Part shown: positions 11,903 to 20,000 of the stretch, piece by piece
How positions within the stretch are numbered: position 1 is the stretch's first letter
How the letters are laid out: each line of letters begins with the position of its first letter
Assembly: GCA_045837725.1 (NCBI GenBank)
Contig: JBEWZL010000127.1
Location: forward strand, 295,231 to 315,230
Source of the DNA: Vermamoeba vermiformis
Lineage: Eukaryota
Length of the DNA: 20,000 nt
Reading direction: 5' to 3'
Translations under genes and position numbers: made by a program
Notes under the pieces: model-generated
What the model saw: the letters and a program-made list of their open reading frames with translations, nothing else
Database searches by the model: none
Told to the model about the DNA's origin: nothing

Positions 11903-14117
11903 ATGAATCCCAACCCAATCGCAGGCGATGATGCCACTGAAGCGGCACGTAAAAGTGGGTGGATCGTGAAGCAAGGAGGAAACCCGAAGGATGCGTGGAA
12001 GAAGCGCTTTATGGTTCTTTGCGGGCCAAGTCTTCATTATTACTCTGACGCAGTAAGTTTAATTGTGTTTTATTGATAAACTTGAGCTGATCTTGTACGG
12101 TGCAAAGCCAAAAGGAGAGATACCGTATTTATCCGCGACTCATATCGAACCAGAAGACTCTCCGCAGTATAAAGGACGTCCATATTGTTTCCGAATAGCA
12201 ACGCCTGACAGAGTGTATCGAATCTCATGTGACTCGGCCGATGAAATGAATTCTTGGTTGAAATTGCTTCAGGACCGAAAACAAGCACACGACAAGCTTG
12301 AAGATGATAAAAGAAAGTCACTTGTGATGAAGGCAAAGCTAAAACGCCAGCTAACGGTAAGTGAAACTGATCGGGTTTTTCCGTCGCAGATCCTGAATTT
12401 TCTATTTTAGGACATGTATGACATTGTTATCGACATAGACAATCTCATCGATTTAGAAGAGGGATGGAAGATTTATTTCGCGCAACGACTTCTCAGCCGG
12501 ATCGAAGGCGCAGCTGTCATAAACAAGCCGCTCGATCCAGAAACAGTGAACAATTTGAGCTTGAGCACTACTAAAGTGGTTGTTTCCGTTCTTGGTCTGT
12601 TCAACAAGGGTAAAACGTTCTTGTTGAACAAGATCTGCAATGAGAACTTTGACAGTGGCTACAAAGTAACGACCCGCGGATTAAGCTTCAAAGAGCCATA
12701 CGATATGAACAATATCATCTTATTGGACACTGCAGGAACATCATCTCCATTACAAAGTAAGTAAATCCAAATTCAAGCAACTTTAACTAATGCAGCTCAG
12801 TCAAAAACCCGAAATCCACGTTAGCCGTGAAGAAATCCACCGAAGATTTCCTTCAAAAGATGTCGTTTCTCCTTTCTGATATCATCATTGTCGTCGTTAA
12901 TGAGCTCACTTGGCCCGATCAAGAGTACATGACTGCACTAGCTGAGCAAGTTCGTGAACGACCGAACGACGCAGTGGACAACAAAATTATCGTTGTGCAC
13001 AACTATAAGGATGCCGAGACAGTTGAGGATTATTTGATAATGAGACAGGTACGTACTTTTTAACTTGTCCGTTGACTGTTTACCAATGCTTCAATTAGAA
13101 ATTCTGCGTCAATTGTTTCGAGGGCTCGCAGCGTTTTACGGACGTGCAGCTAAGAACAGGCCGTGAACGCGCTGATTTCTTCTTGAGCAACGGTGGTGCT
13201 CTACAGCACGTCTTCCTTGCAAAAGAAGGGTCGCCCGCTGGGAACATGTACAACGAGAGAACTCTTGAGTTGATTCGAATGTGGATCAGAACGAGAAACA
13301 TCTCGTCATCACAGCCCCTTATCAGCAAATTCTGCACCTTGGCTGCGGCAGAGCTTCGCATTTACTTCTCAAAGATTAAATCACTCTACTTGGTATGCAT
13401 TACATTACCATCCTTGGATCGAACCATTATTCTAACTTGTTCAGGTACATACGCCAATCAATCCAAGACCCCAGTCAGTGCGTATTGCAGTGAAAAGGAT
13501 TAACACTAATGAAGGATGGGGTGATACGCCGACAAATTGGGAAGAAGAAACAGAATCTACTCCGTACAAGATTAAAGCTGTATCAATCAATGGGGATGAC
13601 TTAGGTTACATCCACAATCACATCACGTTTGAAGGTTTCCATCTTGCCCTGTCAAGCACCATCTTTCAACCAAAGGTAGGTATCAGTTCTTATGCATTAC
13701 TTCTACTAACACTTGCTGCAGTTTGATGTGATTGAGAGAGATGACCATTTCATTGTTGCTGTTGAGTGTCCTGGAATTGAGCGTGAAGTCAAATTGGTAG
13801 ACCTTCGTCAACTCACAGAGGACACTACTTCATCATGGATTGGAGCAACGGTTGGTTTGATCAAGAATGTGCGTCATCTTATCATTCAAGGTCATAAGTC
13901 TCTTTCATTTCCAAGTCCCAACAATGCCACTGATATTCCTTACCGCTTGCAACCCAGTGAAGAGGTAAAACGGAGGCAGCTGCCCAGTGGCTCATTTACT
14001 CAAGCATATCCTCTGCCAGTTTATTATAAGTCAGAAATCACAAAAACAGTTCTGAAAGGTGGACAGTTTTTCATTTTCATTCAAAAAGACAATCATCTAG
14101 TTAATCACAATAATTAA
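11903..14117 (+). CDS. PH domain - P-loop GTPase (GBP/TRAFAC-like) - Hsp20/alpha-crystallin-like C-terminal domain protein; multi-exon
   Basis: Exon 1 MNPNP...KSGWIVKQGG..KDAWKKRFMVL...LHYY, then PKGEI...YCFRIATPDRVYRISCDSADEMNSW (PH). G1 VSVLGLFNKGKT, G2 TTRG, G3 LLDTAG, IIVVHN. C-terminal PKFDVIE..DHFIVAVECPG...LIIQGHK...GSFTQAYPLP (Hsp20-like). TAA ends at 14117. Confidence 0.85.
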
Positions 14118-14239
14118 AATAAACAATGTTTCTTTCTGTTTATTGGGGTACCCAGCAAAAAAGAAATCAGAAATTTATATATTATATAGGATTTAGGGCT
14201 GGGGCTAGGATTTTTGTTAACAAAAAAAAAATCACCATG

Positions 14240-14447
14240 CATACACTTTGGTGTACGCCCCGTACGGCAAGCTGTATGCCCCTCACACCCCCGTACAGCA
14301 CGCTGTACACCCTTCACACTACTGTACACTTTGGTGTACGTCCCTTTCGCACCCATACACTTCAGTGTACGCCACTTTGCATCAGTGTACACTTCAGTGT
14401 ACACCCCCATACAGCACACTGTACACCCCCTCGCACCCCCTGTACAG
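14240..14447. repeat. Low-complexity degenerate repeat built on TGTACAC/GTGTAC/CATACAC motifs
   Basis: About a dozen GTAC-core motifs. TACACTTTGGTGTACG occurs twice, TACACTTCAGTGTAC twice and TACAGCACRCTGTACACCC twice; each is an imperfect palindrome. Confidence 0.85.
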
Positions 14448-14449
14448 AT

Positions 14450-15975
14450 AGGGTGATGATGGTATCAATGTTGGTTAACTGGTATATGGATGCTTTAAGT
14501 CTACAGAAGCATGATATCTGATCCTGCTTCTTTTCCGCATCTTTCAGATTGGCGGTATCCTGATAATAGAGAATGAAGTGATTTAATTGTTAATGTTATC
14601 AATGTCAGTTAACAGTTAACGAATGCTTTAAATGAATTGATGCATGACAATCAATCCTGCATCATATCCACATCCGCATCTTCCAGATTGGCGGCATGCT
14701 TGATAGTGAGAATTGATATGATTTGAATGTGATATCAATCACAGTTTATTGCTGGTGGATTCCAAGTAAGAGTGATGAATCTGATGTGATTCTAATTACA
14801 TTTCCGCTCTATTCAATGCGGTATGCTAATAGTGAAGATCATTGTGTTCAAATGCATTCTAATTTCACTTCCGCTCTATTTGATGCGGCTTGCTAATGAA
14901 GGGAATTGATGTTTTACATGAATGTCTGATGTGGATATATGTTTGAGTGACGAATGTATTGAATCTAATAATGTCGTTTCAAATCACAAGCGGATTAGTT
15001 TATCATATTCAATCAACAAATATACTTCCGCTTTCATCAAATGCAGCTTCCCACGTACACATTAGTTGTTTTGATTCAATCGTTGTTTGTTTTGATTCTG
15101 AGCGGCTTCCAAATAATGTATTTGATTGTAATAGTGTCAATTCATCAAGTGGATTGATGTAGTCATATGTTATTTCCATTTTGGTAAGCGGCTTCCAAGA
15201 GTAATGAGAAAGGAGAGTGAAATTTCATTGTTAAAGTGGATAGATGCTAGTTAATTGGTAAATGAATGCTTTGAGAATATTGAAGCATGATGTCTATCCC
15301 TGCTTCATATCATATCCGCATCATGAATGATGGGCGGCACCCAATAGATGAGAAATGAATGAATGAGTTGAATGTTGATGGTATCAATGCAAATAGATTG
15401 GTATAGTAATCAATGCAATTTCACAGCTAATTAATGCTTTTAGTCTACAGAAGCACGATATCTAATCTTGCCTCATTTCCGCTTTCATTCTGAAATGCGG
15501 CACACAGATAATGAGAATGGTGGATTGAATCTAATGATTCTGTTCTGAATGTTAGGTGGATTCCAAATAATGAGAATAGATAGATGATCAATGTAAGTTC
15601 AATGGTAACGAGTGCTTTAAATCTACTGATGCATGATATCAATTCCTGCATCATTTCCGCACCAAGAATGATTGGCGGTATCCTGATAATGAGATTCATA
15701 TGGTTTTGTAATGATTTGATTCCTGATGTTAGGCGGTATCCAATGATAGAGATCATGAATCAATTCCAATGAAGTTATTCTCAATGTTAGGTGGTATCCA
15801 GATATACAGTGGTGATAGTGAATTCTCAATGTTTTCTGTTTGATGATAGGTGGTACCCTATAATGGAGTGTTAAGTGTAATATCATGCGTATTGATTGTT
15901 AAGTGGATTCCAATGAAGAGAATTGAGTGTAAAATCATTCATTTATTCTCTGATGTTAAGCGGTATCCAGATAAA
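14450..15975. repeat. AT-rich degenerate satellite-like module with recurring paired inverted repeats
   Basis: Five copies of an approximately 85-bp unit (ATGCTTT...GAWGCA-N13-TGCWTC...CCGC-N13/14-GCGG...GATAATGAGA) near 14490, 14622, 15265, 15433 and 15611, plus a shorter TGTTARGYGGWWTCCA motif recurring about every 57 bp in 15720-15970. Confidence 0.8.
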
Positions 15976-16086
15976 GGGTTAGGGGCAGATTCCCTGGCGA
16001 ACGAAGTGAGCCAATGGGGGGTTTAGGGGGGCTTGCCCCCCTAATAATGATAAGAATCACCATATTATATGGCTGTACATGCATAT

Positions 16087-16108
16087 TAATATAGCTTTAG
16101 GGTTTGGG
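16087..16108 (+). repeat. 22-bp direct repeat, left copy (TAATATAGCTTTAGGGTTTGGG); candidate attL
   Basis: Identical to 19403-19424 by direct comparison. Confidence 0.9.
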
Positions 16109-17325
16109 CTTATGCTTCGCTTTTCAGGCCCCTGGATCTCTGACGAAATTTCACCGAAATTTCCGGGAGTTGTTCCATGCAGCGAGGGCCGAAGGCCCGA
16201 GCGCATGGCACCAAGTCCCATTACATTTGGTGATAGTGATGCAGAGATACAGGGGCTCGAAGTAGCTGCGGCGCCAGCGTCGTAATGCCGCAATGCCGCA
16301 GGCAAATCACCGTTCCCGACACTTTTCGGTTAATTCTAGCTCTGAGTCACGGACACTCCCAGACCTCTCCTTTGCAGGGTAGTCTAGTCTATATTTTAGA
16401 TGATTTATCATATAAAATTTATTAATATTGCTGAAAGTTCGAATTTTTCGAAAAATGAAGGGACTTGGCCACGAATTTTTGATTTTTTCGAATTTACACT
16501 TATCTTTCACTGCAACACCACAGACAAGATATTTTAATCATTTGGTTATATAAGGTATTATAATTTCTTAGTATAGTGTTCACTTGCTTGTAAATTTTAA
16601 AATTACTGAAAATTAAGTTCGAACCCATGCATATTTTTAAAAATCCTTATTGTTTTTAATTTTTTAAAGTTTTTTGTCTAAGTCTTTTTTAGCATCATGG
16701 CCTTGGGGTTAGGGATCAGGTGACCAGATCCCGAGCCGTAGATCTCGCTTTCGCTCGCGATTTGAATCGCAATTGTTGCAGGTAATAATAGGCAATAGTA
16801 ATGTCAATCAGTTTTCTAATATGTTTTACTAGCAGGGTACACGGGCGAGCGGAGCGAGCCCGTGCAAAGCGCGATGTCAGAAATTCCATTCTGACATTCT
16901 GACACGATGTCAGAAACTGGTCGCGCTGTATTTACGCCTCGCGATCATTAGCAACAACACAGGTAAGTAGTATATTATTATAATTGTTATTATTAATCAC
17001 TACTAACTGTTATTTTGTTAGTATTAGCAGTGCGAAGTCGAATCTTGCTCGCGATTTTCAGATCGACCCCGGAATCAATTCGAAATCACTTGTAAGTAAC
17101 ATATTAATTTATTTAAAGCGTATTTGCTCACAACTAATGTATTTTTGAGTAGGAATTAATTTGGAATTGCTCGAATCTGCCGTAATTTATTTAAATTTCA
17201 AATTTTAAAGTCCCGATCAACAGGTAAGTTAATATATCAATATAAACATTCATATATTAATTGTTTTTAGTAGATTTAATCTCTTTATCACGCGAGTTTG
17301 CCGAATAAATTTCGGTTGGTTACAA

Positions 17326-19405
17326 ATGCGTAAGTTCAATTCAAACACGCGTGTTTCGCTCTTTATTAATGCACTTGACTAGAATTTAACTGCGATCAAT
17401 GCTCTAAGAGCTACAAGAAGATTGGCGATCTCAATCGCCACGTGAAGGACTGTCATGTTGATGAATCCTCGCGGACATGTCCTTCGTGCTCAAAGATTTT
17501 CGCATCTGTGCGTGCAAAAGATGAACATGTGGCGAATGTATGTCCTGCTGACCGTGCAAAATTGTGGACACCAACAAAACAAATAAATGATAGTCAAAAC
17601 GAGCAGCAGCGCCACAAACAATCAAAGAATGAGCTGTCTGCACAGTCAGTTCAAATAATCACAATGTTCAGAGAGTATTTGGCTGCTGGCAGTTCTTCCA
17701 CGTTTATGTTGTCGCGTGGTAAACGCAACTTGTCTCAGTCAAGTGTCGACACTTACACTCACCACCTGCGTGACTTCTTAGATTTCTTTGACGTATGTAA
17801 TTACAATTATTGTTGTTATAGAAACTAATTTTGCCTAGAAATCTGAAACAGAAGGTGAGGACTCCATCAAGTACTTTCTTGACTTGCGTGTCCTCAAAGA
17901 TTACTTATCGTACCAAGAAAAGAGCAAGTACACCAAAAAGACAATCTTGAATCGATTGTTTTCATTAGAGCGTCTTTGTGGATTCATCGAAGAAAAGCTG
18001 GTTGTGCTAAATAACGAAGGCTTCACCACGCTTCCTGTCAATAAGCGTACACGCAATACAGTACAATCAGTGTTCGAATGGATTGGGGCTCAAATACAAG
18101 TTCTAAGTCCAGAAGCAGCTGAGGAGACACGAATCCGCAACTCGAAGGAAGTTATGGAAAAAGAAAATCGTTGGATCACTGCCAAGCAAATCTTTGCCAA
18201 AGAGCTTGAACTCAAGCCAGAAATTGACTTGATAATGGAGCGTATTAGCAAGACCAATGTGCAGTAAGTTATCTTTTTGTCGGAGAGAAAGCATACTGAT
18301 TCTAATTGATAGGCCCTCTATTCATGAATTGAACCTTGTTCAAGACTATATCATGTTCTTGTTGCTCATTCAGCGCCCCACAATGCGCACTCAGAACTTG
18401 AGCTTGAAAATACTCGATAAAGTGCAGACAGCCAAAGAAGCCAAAGAAAATTGTATTGTTTTGACAGATACTGAAGTCATCGTTCAGTACAATCAATACA
18501 AGACTGTAAAGTAAGATCGTGCTTGGTCATATTGTTGAAAACTAATAATGCGATTTAGAACTTATGGATTTCAAACTGCTTACTTGCCGAAAGACCTTGC
18601 TCAATACTTAAGAACCTTTGTTAAATCCATTCGACCATGGTTTTACAAGAACAAAGAGAAGCAAACAGTTGGGTCATTCTTATTTTTAAACAAGAACGCA
18701 GAAGAGCTGAAAACTATTGGCTCTCGCTTCAAATCAATTATGCAGAAGTATTTTAATAGCAATGCTTCTGTAAGCTCTATTCGCAAGGCAATGGAGACTG
18801 CAATTGCTGCTAGTTCACTGCCAGAAGACCAAAAGCGCAGTCTGTCATTGGCAATGTTGCATGACCCCGTTACTGCTGAACGATATTATGTAATGAAGGA
18901 CAGTGTTGAAGAAAGCCAGCAGATTAACAGGCAATGGGCAATATTTCGACAAGCTCTACTGACTCAAGTCCAATCTCCAGCAACAATTGTTAGTAATAAT
19001 GCAATTGCTTCAACCAACAATAATGCAACAGAAGTGCTCCAACCTGCTTGCAATCATCTTGAATTGATTCCAACTTCAACATTGTCGAGTCCATCAAAAC
19101 TCAGAGTCTCTGACCCTCAAGCTGATGCAGTGCCAAGTCTTGCTTCTTCAGTGTGCAACTCAGCTGAAGAAAGTGAAGAAGAACAAAATGAAACGACTCG
19201 GCAGCTCGCTGACAATATTGCGCAAAAGCTTGTACATCCTACGCCAAGTCCAATGCTTAGTCCAAGCAAGTTTCCTTTAAGGCCTGGAGATTGGCCTTGC
19301 TCTTTTTGTGGGTACACCAACTTTGCTTACCGTGGAGTTTGTAATCGCTGTGGCAAAGCCAAGAACAAAAGAAGTGTTTATGAAGAAAGTGAACAACAGC
19401 ACTAA
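17326..19405 (+). CDS. Tyrosine recombinase/integrase with N-terminal C2H2 and C2HC zinc fingers and a C-terminal RanBP2-type zinc finger; 5 coding exons
   Basis: Exons 17326-17329, 17383-17792, 17839-18263, 18313-18510 and 18559-19405 splice in frame. MQFNCDQCSKSYKKIGDLNRHVKDCH (C2H2); CPSCSKIF...EHVANVC; LSQSSVDTYTHHLRDFLDF (integrase core-binding domain); RPTMRTQN (Arg I); YKTVKTYG (Lys); FLFLN; SSIRK (Arg II); MLHDPVTAERYY (His, Tyr); RPGDWPCSFCGYTNFAYRGVCNRCG (RanBP2). Confidence 0.88.
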
Positions 19406-19424
19406 TATAGCTTTAGGGTTTGGG
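19403..19424 (+). repeat. 22-bp direct repeat, right copy; overlaps the recombinase stop codon; candidate attR
   Basis: TAATATAGCTTTAGGGTTTGGG, whose first TAA is the stop codon of the recombinase gene. Confidence 0.9.
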
Positions 19425-19501
19425 GGTGAGAGGGTTAAAAATAAAATATTGTAAAAAGTAGCTACAAAGTTTCTATAGCTGTTTTTTTAATGTCATATGA
19501 T

Positions 19502-19986
19502 AGGCGTACGAAAATCGTACGCTCTCTTTAACCAGTCCAAGATAGGCGTACGAAAGTCGGACGGTCTCTTTAACCACGCGCAGACAGGCGTACGAAAATC
19601 GTACGCTCTCTTTAACCAGTCCAAGATAGGCGTACGAAAGTCGGACGGTCTCTTTAACCACACGCAGACAGGCGTACGAAAATCGGACGGTCTCTTTAGC
19701 CCTTCAAGATAGGCGTACGAAAATCGGACGCTCTCTTTCACCAGTCCAAGACAGGCGTACGAAAGTCGGACGGTCTGTGTACCCAGTCCAAGTACGCGTA
19801 CGAAAATCGGACAGGCTCTTTAACCAGTCCAAGCTAGGCGTACGAAAATCGGACGGTCTCTTTAAACAGTCCAAGATAGGCGTACGAAAGTCGGACGGTC
19901 TCTTTAACCACACGCAGACAGGCGTACGAAAATCGGACGGTCTCTTTCACCAGTCCAAGACAGGCGTACGAAAATCGGACGGTCTA
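19502..19986 (+). repeat. Tandem array of 12 copies of an approximately 42-bp unit (AGGCGTACGAAARTCGKACGSTCTCTTTAACCAGTCCAAGAY)
   Basis: Unit starts at 19502, 19544, 19586, 19628, 19670, 19711, 19753, 19794, 19836, 19878, 19920 and 19962 (last one truncated). Confidence 0.95.
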
Positions 19987-20000
19987 TTTAGGGTTAGGGT
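19987..20000 (+). repeat. TTAGGG telomere-type repeat start (TTTAGGGTTAGGGT)
   Basis: Two TTAGGG units at the window end, G-rich strand pointing outward and following a tandem array. Too short to prove a chromosome end. Confidence 0.55.

Larger units (their letters stand above)
16087..19424 (+). mobile_element. Candidate Crypton-like tyrosine-recombinase DNA element (about 3.3 kb) bounded by 22-bp direct repeats
   Basis: Single intron-containing YR gene, no RT/RNase H or DDE transposase, exact direct repeats at both ends, hairpin-rich 5' region. An alternative left end is the degenerate repeat copy at 16693-16714. Confidence 0.65.

Noticed and set aside
14114-14521. Four overlapping ORFs across the GTACAC repeat
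   Set aside because: Low-complexity repeat translations with no domain signal or splice structure.
14947-16510. Short ORFs in the satellite and hairpin region
   Set aside because: No recognisable motifs; they overlap non-coding repeats on both strands.
17326-19405. Protelomerase/telomere resolvase
   Set aside because: Considered because of the telomere-like context, but I saw no long perfect palindromic target and cannot identify TelN/ResT-specific motifs by eye; direct repeats fit an integrase better. A profile search would settle it.
16087-19424. DIRS/Ngaro retrotransposon
   Set aside because: No gag, RT or RNase H ORF and no split LTR/ICR structure seen; the YR gene contains spliceosomal introns.
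19473-19913. ORFs with repeated peptides (LKRPSDFRTP etc.)
   Set aside because: By-products of a 42-bp (multiple of 3) tandem repeat that is open in several frames on both strands.
19502-19986. CRISPR-like array
   Set aside because: Units are contiguous near-identical 42-mers without unique spacers, no cas genes are present, and the context is eukaryotic.

Overview
Eukaryotic, intron-rich genomic DNA (short GT-AG introns with CTAAY-type branch points; probably a protist, possibly amoebozoan, which is an inference). Bases 1-14117 are host genes: a CLU-domain protein (3' end outside the window), a coiled-coil + GRAM protein, two tandem paralogous secreted/GPI-type Cys-rich surface proteins, and a head-to-head pair of P-loop GTPase-like genes (SAM-SAM-GTPase-RING-patatin with degenerate catalytic motifs; PH-GTPase-Hsp20-like). 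From about 14180 to the end the sequence changes character into a series of unrelated modules: a GTACAC repeat, a degenerate hairpin satellite, a cluster of GNA-loop DNA hairpins, an intron-containing tyrosine recombinase gene with zinc fingers, and a 12 x 42-bp array. These modules are separated by short telomere-like TTAGGG doublets. An exact 22-bp direct repeat (TAATATAGCTTTAGGGTTTGGG, 16087-16108 and 19403-19424) brackets the recombinase. The best candidate for a novel system is a Crypton-like tyrosine-recombinase element whose att site is telomere-like, possibly building a tandem array of cassettes. The window ends in TTTAGGGTTAGGGT, which may be a true telomere or another junction. All calls are from manual reading; no searches were run.
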